Positions 1 through 13,660 are shown, numbered from the stretch's first letter. The stretch: DNA of 64,000 bases from Neoechinorhynchus agilis (GCA_051530055.1 CM121342.1:15763480-15827479); one strand, 5' to 3'. Translations and numbers: made by a program. Notes: a model not told the origin generated them from the sequence alone.

Positions 1-106
1 TTTAAAAAGTTCATTGAGTGTATTAATTTTATTGTTACAAAATTCATCGATCATCCCGAAAAACTTTTATGGTCATGAATTCCTTATCTCGAAATTTTAA
101 GTTGGT

Positions 107-2613
107 TTGAATTTTCCTACGGATAGTTTAAAACTTCATTTTGTATTCGATAAAGATGCGATTCCAGCTGAGTTCGTTTCCCCAAACTATTTAGTGAGTC
201 TGACGAGCAATTCACGTTTGTACTCACGGATGAGATTGGCAAATATAAATACGGTCACTGTTCTCTTGTTCGCAATGAGGATAACGAATTATTGTCCTAT
301 TGCTTCATAAGGTACGATTTTGAAAGAATTTGGTGTCATTTTCTTAAAGCAAGTGTTTATCAGCGATCATCCTCATTTTGACAAATTCGATCGCATACTC
401 AGTCATTTTGCAAGAACAACAACAAAAGGTGACAGTAAGGACTTTGTGGATGAAGTATGCAAAACATTAAATAGTCAATGGTTCGACGACAATATAGTAG
501 TCGATAGTTCCGATTCATTGTTCGGCAAACTCTCGGATCTTGGGATGGACGTCCTTGAGACGATTTTTCGAGTATTGATCAACGAAAGGAGCATATTGTT
601 CGTCTGCTCAAGTTTAAGAAGATTAACCACCTACGCCCTATCGTGTCTTGAGCTTATAAAACCCTTCAAATGGTAACAATTCATCGTTAAACTGATTGAT
701 TCGTTATATTAAACAGGCAATCGAGTCTAATATCTATTTTACCCGCACATTTGACTGCATTTGTTCATATGCCGTGTCCGTATATTGTCGGTCTTCATAC
801 GAGCCAATACAACGTAAGTGAATGTGTCCTTTGGTGACCTCTTATTGTGTACTTAATCAAAAATTATTTTAATTTCTATGAAATAATCAAATTAGAAGAG
901 TGATTTCACTTGGCAAAATTAGCTAGACCGGTTATTGAATATCGAGATGCCACCTATAAATTATTCTAGAAACAGCGGAGGGTCTTTTTTAGAATCTAAA
1001 TACCGCAAACAAAATGCTTCCAATTCGGTCTGCTAATCTGTTGAGCTTTATTGGTTAAACGTAACCGTATAATTTGTTAAAAAAAGTGTCCTGTGTTGTA
1101 TTCAAAGGAAAATTTAAGTTCTCAAATCCCGGAAACGACAATAATTGAGATTGACTCGAATGGCTCGAGAGTGCTGATTGGACAAAATGTTGACTTTCTG
1201 CCTGCTGCGATGATTGTGAGTAAAATTAGTTTCGTTTAAAAACTTAGACTACGCTATCAGTCTCAGCAACTATTGCGTAACTCGACTGCCGGCGATGGAA
1301 CAATGGGCGATAAATCGGATAGGCTAAGAGTGTCAAGTCTAGCACGTGGTCGCTTCATGCATGCCACGGGCTATCTGACTGGTATGCGCTCGAATTGACA
1401 TTTAAATTATTGAAGCCACACTGCATACTGCTTTTAGACCAAATTGACCCGTTTATTGTTGTTTCCAGCAGCAGCAACGATGGCGACTCCGTTGAGTTCG
1501 ACGAACATGCATATCTGAAGAAATTCCCGTCTGGGCAGGAAAGGAATACGATAAGAAGACTAATGAAAACATTGCTGTTCACTGAAGTAGGTGATTTACA
1601 CCAAAAACGCTCTAGAAAATGCTAAAGTTTATCGATCGAAAAAAACGTAAGGATTGCGGGATTAACGAAATTCTATCTTCTGTAAGAATGGTGCTAAAAC
1701 TATTATACAACAGTTGGCAATCTCGCCCTTTTTTAGGACGATTCCAAAAGACAACCACAAGGGAAAATCAGTCTTAAGGTATTCTAAATAAAAAGTTGAT
1801 CTAGTGACCACCAAAGTCGACGTGTTTAAGAAACTTTATTTTATCAAAAGTACTTTAAAATCTTAGAGTTTTACGCGTGAGTTTTATTCGAGAATCGTTG
1901 AAATGAAATCCGTAATTTGTCAAAGTTTACATTCCCAAAATGTTATTCAGTGAGGAACAGCCTAAGATATCGATGTTCCTTTTGAAATATAGACTTCAAT
2001 TATTTGATCTTAATGTAGTAACTCTTTTGAGGATAATGTATCGATAGAACGTTCCAGTTTCTAATTGAGTGCAATTAGGCAATCAGGAACTCATTTCGTA
2101 AAAAAGAATTCGAAAAATCATTAAGCAGACCGAAGCAAAAGGTACTTTTAGTTTGTTGATTATGAAACAAATCACAATACTTCTTTAGTCCTATCCAAAG
2201 TTAAACTCAGCGAGTTCTCAAGATTTTTCATCCGGATTCACTTCGTTTTTCCACTTTCGAAGAGTTTGTATCATTACGAAATATAAGAAGACAAACGTAC
2301 GCTCATTAATTCTCATCTCGCACCTTAGAAAGCAGACCCGGTACCTCGTTCCCAATCTACGCACCCAACAAATGTAAACGCCGATAAGTGCACAGCTGAT
2401 TCAATCACGGCGAGTACTACAATTTCGTCTATTTCGTTCGAATCGATCGAAGCGCCATTGAATGATCGGAGAACGACTTTTGAGTCCAGCATGGATCTTA
2501 GCGATCTGATTGTGATGATTAACGAGAAATTACCTGGAAAGCACTCAATGACAACCACGAACGATTCTGCAACTAGTAGTGATTTTGTGAGCTTGACTAA
2601 GCATGCGCATTAG
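107..2613 (+). CDS. DENN-domain Rab GEF (DENND1-like), multi-exon, 5' end probably upstream of the window
   Basis: uDENN motif QFTFVLTDEIGKYKYGHC, cDENN RSILFVCSSLRRLTTYALSCLELIKPFKW / ILPAHL..PCPYIVG, dDENN FDEHAYLKK..LLFTE. Short canonical GT-AG introns (e.g. 312-363, 673-716, 814-1107). Ser/Thr-rich last exon ~2329-2613; 3' exon structure approximate. Confidence 0.8.
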
Positions 2614-3237
2614 ATGTGATTCTAGTGAGTTGAACGCGTGTAAATCAGATTGCGTCCAGTCGAATTGAGATCTTCGTGCCTAATTTTTAATTTGAAAAAA
2701 GAGTGATTCGAAATTCTAAGTGGAACGTGATGACCAGTAGATTTATTTCATCGAATCAGAGCTGAAGATTTGGTCCAATTCTGAATGGATAGATATTCTT
2801 TTAACCTATCGACTTCTCGGTCAGAATTCTGTCATTGAGTCCACAGCGATTTGTTCCTATTTCGACTAGGTCGGCAGTTTTTGTATGATTTTCTCAAGAA
2901 ACAGCACTCACTTTTCGTCCCTTTCACTTTTGGTCTGCATTAGATCCGAGCCTTTAATACTCATTAAAGTGTGTTTTTGAAATATTTACTACCGTCGAAA
3001 TTAGGCGTAGTATAGAAACTGTACAAACAATGTTATTCCAGTCAAGCTGAGTTCATACAATGAAAAACAATATTTTTATTTGGCCGTATTTAGGGCAGTT
3101 GATCTATTTTAGAGGCCGAATAAAAAACTTTTCAAAATGTATTATGTTCATTAAATACTGAAGTGTTCCAGGTTCGATTGAATAGAGTTCAATTTTCCGT
3201 TACCAATTTTAAATTAGCCGGTGCAATAGCGACATAG

Positions 3238-6200
3238 ATGACTGGCACTATCCATCTTCGTCCGGCTTTGGAACGTTACAAACAATGGCTCTTATATAAA
3301 CACGTTTTATTAATGTAAGAAAAGCACGATCCACACACTTGCCAGCATATATCTTTGCTGAAGGTGCCTGGATGACGGATGTTGAAGGCAAGGGAGGTGG
3401 GACTTGTCTTTGAAGAAGTGTTAATGTGCGATCGGAGGCTTTGTACAGGAGATGACCGATTGGGAGTCTTTCCTTGTTCTCCGGTTATTGAGGAAAGATT
3501 GGGCTTGGGGGAGGAAAGATTTTTGGTAGAGGGTGGTACGAGCGAGGGGGATGAAAAAGGTTGGGTTTACGGGTTTTTACGAGGGAAGAGTACTTAGAGA
3601 TGAGGAAAGAAAATTGTGGGCGGGGTTGAAGAAGACGGAGGGTGTTTTTGGAGAAAATGGAGTGGAGGTGGGCTTCGAGGGGAGGGAGTGAAGTCCCGCA
3701 TATTCTCGCTGCTCTCTTGTGGAAGGTTTCGAGGGAATGTAGAGCATTGACGGAAAGGGCGAGGAAAGTGGGGAAGGCGTATGTAAGGATAGGGAGGATG
3801 GCAGAGAGATAAAAGTGGGCAGGGTGTTTAGGGGATACGCCGAGACGCCGGAGGAGTTTGAGGAGGTAAAGACGAGGGTTTGTTTTAGCGAGTGCAAATG
3901 AAATGTGGGCATCCCATTTAATGTTTTCTTGTAAAATCAGGCCCAGTATTCGGAGCGAAGATTAGCGTTGGATGGGGAGAGGGAGATGCGCGGGGATAAG
4001 ATTGTGTTTGGAAATGTGGGCGACAAGCTCAAAAGATTTGGATAAATTTAGGGAGAGGTTTAAGATGGAGAGCGAGGAAATGAGATGGTTGAGCTCGTCC
4101 ATGGTTGTGGAGAGGGAGAGAGAGATGCGATGGTAATGACTGTGAGGTCATCTGCGCGGGAGCGAGGGGATGGTGGTCATTTAGAAAAATGTCAAAGAGG
4201 AGATGGGAAAGTACGGCGCTTTGGGGTTACCCCTTTAAATATGGGCAGAGAGGAGGAACAAGAAGTTCCACATAGGATATATTATTCGCGGTTGGAGAGG
4301 AAAGAGGAAATCCAAGCGAGTTGCCAAGTTGGGAGGCCAAAGGAAGCAAATGATTGGAGAAGGGAGTGATCTACTGACTCGGACGCCCTGGAAATATCCA
4401 GTTGCACGAGACGGACGGTTGATGCTGGACTGGAATCTAAGCTGCGCACAAGCGTATCGTAGATGCAGAGGAGGGCATCGGAACAAGAGTAATTGGGACG
4501 GAAAGCGAATTGGAAAGGGGAGATGTTTTTGAGGAAGAAGGGAAATAGGTGGGTTTTAAAACATTTTTCCAAGATTTTAGAGAAAGGTGAGAGGATAGAG
4601 ATGAGACGAAAGGATGTGGGGGAAATCGGCTTATAGTTTTTGGGTAGGGGGACGACACGGTCTTCCCTAAGACACGATGGGAAAGAGCCCAGTAGAAAGC
4701 TAAGGTTCGTTATGTGCGTTAGAGGATCAATAAGTTCCGGGATGATGAAACGAATAGCCCAATTTGGGATAGTCGAATTAGGGGAAGAATGGCGGGGCAG
4801 GTGTTTAAGGATCTCTAGGATTTCGAGAGGGGAAACTAAGGAAGGGCATGTATGAATGAGCGGGTCAAAAAGTGAGGAGGGAGGTTGGGACAGTGGATGG
4901 GAGGTTTGGGGAGGACAGAGGTTTTATTCATGGAGTTAAGGATTGAGAGGAGATCAGATGCGAAGGGGTGGATCTACCAAGACCAGTGACATTTTTTATT
5001 TTACACCACCAGTTTCGATTGGGAACGGACGAGAGACGAGATGAGAGGAATAATTTGCGGGCTATACGGATGCGTTTTGTCAGTTTTTAGTGGAGGGAGG
5101 GGTAAGCAGGATTACCTGACCGGAAAGCTTTGGTGACCTGCATTTGAAGGGTTTTTAGAAAAGGCGAGAGCCAAGGAGAGTCGCGGTTAGATATTCGTAT
5201 GCTTTTGCGAGGAAAGGAGGCCTTCATCGCAGATTCTATTAGATTTAACAAAGAGCCCATTGCAATCGAGGGGGGTCGGTGCCAAAGATGGTAGAGCGGT
5301 TTTGCGTGATAAGAGAATTGACACATGCAGCAAAGGATTGGGTATGATGATCACGTTTATCCCAAACCACGTAGGGGTCGGAATAGGAACGTTTTTGAGG
5401 TGATGAGGGGGAGAGAAGGATAGAAAAATGGTCAGACGAGGCGATCGGGGGAAGTTTCGTAGTGCGCGAATATTGCCTGATGTTTGAGAAAATTTTATCA
5501 AGGCGGGAGGAGAAGCGTGTTGGGAAAGTAACGAGTTGGGAAATATGAGAGAGCGAGGGCGGGATCGGCAATTTGTTAAAATTGGCCAGTATGATGAAGT
5601 GATCTGAGGAAGAGGAAAATAGGTCAGTAAATAGATGGTCTATTTGTTGAAGTGTGTTGGGGATGTTTGAGGAAGGAGGGCGATAAAGGCCAGCGATAGG
5701 GATCTCACGTTGGCCATTGCGGAGGGGGAGATGAAGTTGGATGTGTAGCCATTCAAGATCGTCGGAGATGAAAAGGTAGGGTGAAGAGCAATGGTAAGGG
5801 AGAGAGGCACGGATGAAGATCGATATGCCTCCCCCGTTTCGGAAGTCCCTTGTTAGGTGAAAAGCTTGAAAGTTTGGAAGGAAGGCAGATAATTTGCTAT
5901 GGGGTGAGAGCCATGTTTCCGTAATTACAAGGATGTCGGCGTTGCAAGAGGAGGCAACTATATGGAGCTCATCCAGTTTGTTGAGGAGGCTGCGGATGTT
6001 AGAATAAAAGATTATTGGAAAGGGATGTTTAGAAGGGACATGAGGGGTGGACACTGACGGAGAGGGTTGAAGCTTCGTAGGGAGCGAAGGGATGGGAGTT
6101 GACCGATAGGGTAGTTCGGAGGTAATGGATTTGTTGGTGGACACTGCAGTGAGGGGCGATTTGAGTGTAGGGACCAGAAGGGTGGGAACTGCGTATGCGG

Positions 6201-7494
6201 GATGAAGTCGAGGGGACAAGGGGATATTGGGAGTTGAAGAGGTGGTGGTAAGAAGTGAGGTATTGTGCGCGTCCAAGGCATTTTTCGCTTCCGAGGGGCG
6301 AAGCGAAAATTTCCAGATTTGGTAGGGTGCGGAATAGTGGTTTTAGGCAGATGAGAGATGAGTGGTGGCAGGGATGAGAGTGGTTTAGGAGGTGTTAGTA
6401 TACGAGGCGAGGGATGCTTAATGTAGTCGTTGAAGGATGGTAGGGGTGTGTGTTTTTTACTAGAAGATCGAGGTACAGTAGACGAGGTGGTAGGTTTTGA
6501 TGGGGCTAATGTTGAAACGTAATCGTAGAAGGATGGGAGGGGTTCATGATTTTTTTCTAGCAGTTCGGGGTGCTAGAGAGGAGGTGGATGATTTAGATGA
6601 GGCCGAGGAGGAAGGGGGGTTCGGTTTTAATCGTGGCGCAGAGTGAGACGTAGAGTGCAGGGACGAGGGAAAAGGGGTATGAGAGATGATAGGAACGGAA
6701 TTAAGGAGGGGAGAAGATTGTTGAAGAAAAGTCGAATTAGAGTGTGGAGAGGAGTCTTGTAGGGCGCCGACAGCAAAGGGTTGGTGGACAGTATTTAAAG
6801 AGTGAAGCGAGGGAGATGAGGAGGTTTGGGGTGGGGAAACTGAAGATGTAAGTGGTTGGGGTTTGTGATTGGTTAGTGTTTGAGTACTTATTGGGAAGGG
6901 CGTCAGTTCTATCTTTTCGATGCTAAATGGCAAGATCCATTTGAGTCCGGAAAACGAATTGTGCATATAATTCAAGGAAAACATAAACCTTATTATGATG
7001 CTCAGAGTAAGCTCAAGATTCTCAGACTCTAAATGTTTTCTTCGTTAGATGATGTCGGAGATATAGTCGTGGCTTTTAACAGTCGTTTAATTGCAATGCC
7101 GGACGATATTTGGAAATTACAGAAAATTCATTACCATAATCGATACGCTCGATCCCATAGAATGATTCCTGCTTTTGAATTCCACGAAGATAACCCTACC
7201 GAGATTCTTAGAAACTGTGTTCGGAAGTTCGTTCGTTGTAATAATCTTCAGCGGTTCCATTTGGGTCGATTGCTTGTGTATTCGGACGATAATGTTCCCG
7301 AACACATTTTGGAAAATATAAATTTTCAGCTACCCGGTAACCGGCGTGTTCCAAAGACCATCGATGATTATACGGAAAAAGATAAGTCAGAATTTCCTGT
7401 CGTATGTGAAATGCCGGAGGAATTCACCTTGGATTTCATCGAAGAGGATCCAATGCTTCCGCTAGAACCAAAATATTACATTAAAGACTATTGA
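3238..7494 (+). CDS. MRPL13: Mitochondrial ribosomal protein uL13m; exon 1 ~3238-3303, exon 2 ~6907-7006, exon 3 7049-7494
   Basis: MTGTIHLRPALERYKQWLLYK..FYLFDAKWQDPFESG..QGKHKPYYDAQNDVGDIVV..RRVPKTIDDYT matches uL13m. GT-AG intron 7007-7048. Intron 1 boundaries are uncertain by a few nt. Confidence 0.85.
3360..6895 (-). mobile_element. Decayed LINE (APE endonuclease + RT, CR1/L2/Jockey-like) inside MRPL13 intron 1
   Basis: APE motifs YSNIRSLLNK, VITETW, LYRPP, SDH (5245-6276); RT fragment QFAFRPNYSCSDAL..LDISRA.ESVDH (4282-4572); frameshifted; strongly purine-rich plus strand. Confidence 0.85.
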
Positions 7495-7989
7495 TCAGTT
7501 CAGAGTATTTTCTAGTCTAACCAATTTCGGTGCATTTTTGAGTTTCCTTCATTTCTACCAAAAGCAAATCTGTCAATGCATCACGTTCATCAGCGCTGGA
7601 AAAACAAAATTAAGAATTCCACGTCGCATTTTTAAATGATCTATACAGCATTTTATCAACGTCCAACTAATTCATCTTATTTTTAAAGATATTAACTTCC
7701 TATATAACAGTTCAGTTGACTGAAATCTTTTAACCGGACAGAAAACACAATAAATCAAATTTTACAATGCTGCACAGATTTGCTATCGAGAATCAGCAGT
7801 GCGATTCAGAAGGGGAATGCTGCATCCTCGAGGCAATGGAGGATAAAGGCGTTTTACGGCTCCCAACAGAACTTTTATAAATTTTTAACGTATTGCTATG
7901 TTATCCTGTTCATTGCAGTGAGTGAATCCCCTGATTAAAGGCTAAATTCCACAAAAACTATCAATTCCCACAACTGACACTTCTGTCAA

Positions 7990-9340
7990 CTCTCCAATAC
8001 TCCCCTTAATTTCGTCATATAAAGTCCTACGGCATCTCAAGAAATTACAACGAAATTCGTCCCCTCAATCCCAAGCTGGGCTCTTCGCTGCATAATCCCG
8101 AACTAAGAGACTCTTTTACCCTCATTATAAATCACAGCTTTTTATATGGCATCATCCTCTCATGTTTCAAAAATGCTAAAGTGATCCTTCTTCCGAAAAA
8201 TGGACATCTGATTTCCATCTAATCATTCCGTCCCATATCGATTCTGCCCGCTCTTTCAAAAATTGTCGAAAAATGTTTTAAACCTCGCCTTCTTTCACTT
8301 CTAAACAACAAATTATCGCCCCTACAATTCAGTTTCCGGCCCAAATTTTCGGTAACGGATGCCCTATTTTGCATTTACGACAAGATAATACGCAATCACG
8401 TCAATAATCTCTCCAACGCCACCCGTCTCACTAAACTGGATTTGTGGAAAGCATTCGACTCCGTGGACCATTCACTCTTTCCCCGGGCTTGCTCCGATTT
8501 TGCTCTCAATTTAAGGCATATCCGCTTGCTCGCGTCTCATCCTCACAATCGCAAGCAGTACATTCATTGCGAAACCTCACCAAACGTGTCACCACTTTTT
8601 TAATATTTTCTTAAATGAACTAAAGCCTCGCTCCCTCATAACCAGCCAACCTTTCCCTCTCGTTAACATCTAAAGAAATCATCTACATCAAGGATTTCTA
8701 ACCTTCCAAATGGCATCCTAAGAGTAACCTCCCTCAGAATTCTGAGTACAAATTTCAATAAAATCTGAAATGGGGTTCGCGCATTACACTTTCCCTCAAA
8801 CGCAATACTTTTAAAATGTACTTCCTCAAACGTCTCTGCCATTTTAGGAGTTGATTCGCCCGATATTTAATTTTTTTCACTACGGCTCTATTTTACCCGC
8901 TCTCATCTACATCTATCCCATCTTTTGCAACCTTTCCCAATCACAAACCCGTCGCCTTGAAACGTTTCATTAAAGCGTTGCACAGTTGGTTTTCTCCCTC
9001 TCACCGAATACCTTGATAAGATTTTCAACTAAGAATCAAAACGCCTCTCAACCCTACCATCACAATTTTTACCACATTTCATTCCGATTTTCATACGAGC
9101 ACAACACTCGCAATCCCAATTCCATTCACCATCCCTCTACCTCCGCTCTTTTTACCATGCTGCCCAACCTTCTCGGATACCATGACCCGAAATGAAACTG
9201 AGGAAAAATCCAACCGAACGAACTACCAACGTTTCCACTTGATCTTGCCCGTAATCCACTCCGAAATCAACAGCCGCGTTCATTTGACCTATCAGAATTC
9301 GAGTGTTTATGAGATCCATGAAGTGCATGGCACCTCTTCT
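7990..9340 (+). mobile_element. LINE RT 3' remnant, same broad family as 3360-6895 and 44980-45460
   Basis: Degenerate FRPISILPALSKIVEKC, QFSFRP, LDLWKAFDSVDH; 3' tail sequence shared with 45000-45460. Confidence 0.7.
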
Positions 9341-9590
9341 CTGGGCGTTGCCGAATAGACGAATGTTGATGAACGTGTTATTAAAAAGCGTAGCAATTAA
9401 ATCACAGATAACTATCTACATTGATCATGAAACGCATGACGGTTTACAAGATAATTTCTATTCTTACTTTTTGAATGCTATAAAAACTCACAAGTAAATC
9501 CTCGTTGCGATTGTAAGCTTTTCTAAAGTTGGTCCGAGACGCAAAAATAATAAATTTTTGTTCCCCAATGAAAAATACACAATTGTTTAA

Positions 9591-11519
9591 TTAGTATCCA
9601 AATACAATCGATATATCTGTTTCATTGATGTTAACCCTTCCTAGAGATTTCATGGACATAAATGGGGCGTTGAAGAATTTATGGATCGGATTGTTCGAGA
9701 TGTCAAGCCAAGTGAGACTTTGCAGTTGGGAAATGGCTTTGGAAGGAACTTCGTCGAGACCATTGCTGGCGAGATTAAGAAACAATAGAGATCGAAGACC
9801 CTTGAATGTATCCGGAGTGTCAAAGTCACGCAATTGATTATGACTGAGGTCTAAGGCCATAAGTTTATAAAATCGATTGAAAACATTGGGAACAATGTTT
9901 TGGATTTTGTTGAACTCTAAGCTCATGTACATGAGATATTCCATTCCATTAAGGTCATTGACATCGATTTTTGAAATCATATTATGACTTGCGTCCAATG
10001 ATTCGACGCCTTTGTAAGTCACAAATGTTTGCATGTCCTTTAAACTGGTCATTCCAACTGAAGATAAGTCCAATATTGATGAAGGTTCAATTGCGGTTCT
10101 TACAACACCGAGACCAAGGGTTGTTGCGATTGATTTTGGCAAAGAGCCGGCTCGTTGAGCAAAGAACATTAATGATCGACGAGCATTATTTTTGTCGAAA
10201 GTGATTGTTGAAAGGCCGTTGTTGTCAACTTTGAAATAACCAACTCTTTTCATATCACCTTCTCTGGCAACTAGCTCATTGATTTGATTTCCAGATATCG
10301 ACAAGAAGCTCAAAAATTCAATATTACGTAGTAGATTTGGATCGAAGTTCTTCAGGTGGTTGTTGGACAAACTGAGCACCTTAAGACTCTTGGTATTTTC
10401 AAGCAGATTGAACGGTAGCTCGAAAAGTTGGTTTCCGTCTAGTTCAAGAGTCCTTAGATTCGGCAACTCAAAAAAAGCGCGTTCATCGATCTTACTGATT
10501 TTATTCTGTGACAAATCCAGTCGCTTGAGATTGTGGTAGTTATGTAGATCGTAACCTTTCAGAGTCTCTATTTGGTTTCCTTTAAGAATAAGCGTTTCAA
10601 AGACGTCGTTTGTTACATCATTTCCACGCGGAATTTCCGTCAATTGTGCACCAGGAACGCCGAAATGTTTGAGCTTTGGTATTTTAGTCAATAAATTTGA
10701 ACCAATAGATCGCGTACTTCCTCCATGAACAACAAGTTTTGTTAATTGCCCAAACATAAAATTCGAATTCAATAGGTCTGCGAGGTTGCCAGAATAGTCT
10801 ATTTCCAAAGATCGCAAATTGTTAAGCGTCATTTCAATTTTTTTTAATAGATTTCCATGCATGTTTATTTCCTTTAGTCCGGCTAAAGCAGAATCACCAC
10901 TGATTTTGACATTCTCAATCAAATTGTTTGATAAGTCCAGAGTCTTCAAGCTCTTCATTTTACTGATAATTTCTACAGAGTCGTCTGTTAGTTTATTGTT
11001 TGAGAGAATTAAAGATTCCAAGCGCGGCAAATTCTGATCCATTTTTGAGCTTAACTGGTGTATATTATTCATTTTCAAATTAAGCTCAACGAGATTCTGG
11101 AATCCTTCAAATGCACCTTCCTCAATTATTTTAATCCCGAAGTCTTGAATTCGAAAATATTTTAGGTGTCGGAATTTATTCAACGTAGTTTTTGTTAGAG
11201 TAGTATGTTCATCAGAATATTTCCTTGGCATAATGAAAATTCTATCAATTTGTGGAATAATTAAGTTCAGATCACTTGGAATTGCATCTAAATAGGCTCC
11301 TTCGATACTAAGCGCTGTTTGATTGATTTCCATATTTGCAAGAATTTCCAGGAGAGACTGTCCATCGATATCAGCACCACAATAAACGTAGGCTTCATAC
11401 CCCATGGATCCGGAGATCAGCGCGCAATTGTGGTCGCCATTCGGACCACCGCTCGGCACCGACAGGGCAAGGGAAAATGCGAGCAAACTCGAGAGAAGAA
11501 CGAAGAGTTTCGAGAGCAT
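9591..11519 (-). CDS. Secreted leucine-rich-repeat protein; may continue to a stop at ~9488
   Basis: Signal peptide MLSKLFVLLSSLLAFSLALS followed by many LxxLxLxxNxI repeats; long single exon. Confidence 0.8.
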   Translation of the reverse strand: MLSKLFVLLSSLLAFSLALSVPSGGPNGDHNCALISGSMGYEAYVYCGADIDGQSLLEILANMEINQTALSIEGAYLDAIPSDLNLIIPQIDRIFIMPRKYSDEHTTLTKTTLNKFRHLKYFRIQDFGIKIIEEGAFEGFQNLVELNLKMNNIHQLSSKMDQNLPRLESLILSNNKLTDDSVEIISKMKSLKTLDLSNNLIENVKISGDSALAGLKEINMHGNLLKKIEMTLNNLRSLEIDYSGNLADLLNSNFMFGQLTKLVVHGGSTRSIGSNLLTKIPKLKHFGVPGAQLTEIPRGNDVTNDVFETLILKGNQIETLKGYDLHNYHNLKRLDLSQNKISKIDERAFFELPNLRTLELDGNQLFELPFNLLENTKSLKVLSLSNNHLKNFDPNLLRNIEFLSFLSISGNQINELVAREGDMKRVGYFKVDNNGLSTITFDKNNARRSLMFFAQRAGSLPKSIATTLGLGVVRTAIEPSSILDLSSVGMTSLKDMQTFVTYKGVESLDASHNMISKIDVNDLNGMEYLMYMSLEFNKIQNIVPNVFNRFYKLMALDLSHNQLRDFDTPDTFKGLRSLLFLNLASNGLDEVPSKAISQLQSLTWLDISNNPIHKFFNAPFMSMKSLGRVNINETDISIVFGY

Positions 11520-13439
11520 TGTAAGAATGATTTTACTGTGAAGCCTCGGTGAATATTTATACACTTTTCCAACGGTTAGCTATGCCCAAAAACTGTCAAA
11601 TCGTGGTGCATTTTAAAACGAGTGAAACGCTTGGAACACACTATGATAAAACCTCTAGACCGTTGATGGACGCTTGTGGTCTACGGTTCTTTAGCTTAAA
11701 AATACTTGACAAGCTGTCTTTTTGTCATAAAGGGATTTTGTTACAAGTGGACAGATTTTTGTGGAGACTTTTTTGCGTGCTTGAAGGCATATAAAATCCA
11801 TAAAGTCTAATCACAAGGCATTAAATTTTGTTTTGCTTTATTTGAAACTTTTCGATTTGAACAAATGTAAAAGGATCATTTAAGGGTTCAGCTCTACGTC
11901 AAATGGAGAATCGAGCATCCTGCAAAACAATAAGGACCCAAAGGTACATGGTTCTAATTCTTGTTATCTAACAAACAAATAAACGTGTTATTATTACTTC
12001 AGTATGATCTTTTCTTATCGATTAAATCTTTGATTTTGTTATTGGATTGATTATTAAGCCGATTTTATGGAAAATTTGGATGTTGGTATTATATTTCATC
12101 GTTAAAATACGAGTCTTCGGAGTCTCAAACTCGTGGATTGATACAAATAAGGGCGTCAATTGTCGAGTAGTGTTTAAATATTATTGCATTTACTCAAAAA
12201 TTCCCTATAGATAAGAAGTAATTTCTTGTGCCTTGTCGATCACTCGTTCAGCCACTACGCTAAACTTTGGATGCTCGGCACCAGTTTCTCAACACTTTTT
12301 AGTTCAGATTGTTTTATTGTACGATAACAATTTATAAGCAGCAAATCCATTTATCCGCGAACAATTACTTGATTTCCTTTCCCGAGCAATTATGCCTGAA
12401 TTATACCCATGCGTACCCTAAATTCGTAAATAACCTTTTTAGTAGAAAATATCATTATTGAAGAGACTTCATGAAAAAGGCCCACCGCATAGATCGTTGC
12501 AAACAATCGTTAACTGAAGAAACAATTACGATTCTATTATACGTACGTTTAATTTTTAATCAATGAAAGCCTCTTTTAGGTGGATTTACGGCGACGCAAA
12601 ACTTTGGCCATTGAAAACATTGAAACCATGAAGAGCAAATACGACAACCTTTTCATCCTGGGCTTAAGTGTTTTTTAATTCTAATAAAATAACAAACAAA
12701 ATTTTAAAGGGTTCGATCTCTTCATTCCTAAAAGAAATTTGATGCTTACTATCGCAGTTAATCTTTCTAAATTATTTCACTTTTCTGGGCTTGCCGGTTT
12801 CAATAGCTTGAAAGTGAATAATAATTATTAATTCGGGTTCATCGTAGAATACAAAGAAACTTTCGTTTTAAAATATTATAATACCAAGCTTGTCTTTGGT
12901 ATGTAACATCTCGTATTGTCTGCTTGGCATGCCGATAAGCAAAACGTCGATTTAGACATTTATATGCAACTAAAAATAAATTATGAACAATTAAATGCAA
13001 CTGTTTTGGTAATATCAATAAATATCTGCTTGTTTACGAATTCACCGTTTTGAAAAAACTTACAAGCAATGTCTGAGGAGGAACAGTAAATCAATCAATA
13101 TCGGCGAGGTTAAGAGTAAAGTTGCCAGAATAATTAATAGTTATCTACTCTTTATAATTCAGCAAATGATCCTTGATAGAACAATAGATTTTGTCTAAGG
13201 TTTATGGTACAGCTCGACTGTCAGCTCATCTGCTATCATTGAACACAAATAAGTTGATAATCTCTCGTAGATCAAAGCGCTCCCTCGTCAACATCTATTC
13301 TCTGCTCAAATCAATGAACAGTTAATGAGAAACAGCCAAGTATTCCACTTTTATTGATGTTGCACTAAAGAAGTGCTTTGAACGAGTTACTGAAACTCTA
13401 AGAGGTTTATTTATTGAAGCGATGAGCGCAGTTAAGGAT

Positions 13440-13660
13440 ATATAAGCGGAGGCTATTCAGTGCGAAATTGAAGCTCTTAACAGTGAACAGTTGGTCGAAG
13501 TCAGAAAGTACAAAGGGAAAAAAGCTAACGGTTCAAGGAAGCAGACACAGGTTTCAAAGGGAAAGGGAATACTATCTTGGTAGATGTCATCAGTATACCA
13601 AACTCAAAAGAAGACTAGTTGGAAACGAGTGGTGCACAAAAGACTGCAAATATTTCAACA
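13440..13660 (+). mobile_element. Possible Ty1/copia RT remnant
   Basis: EAIQCEIEAL..KGKK and KRRLVG resemble the copia RT N-terminus; heavily degraded. Confidence 0.3.

Noticed and set aside
12430-12690. Possible small exons (RDFMKKAHRIDRCK.., VDLRRRKTLAIEN..)
   Set aside because: Splice-like edges are present, but no recognisable homology and no complete gene model.
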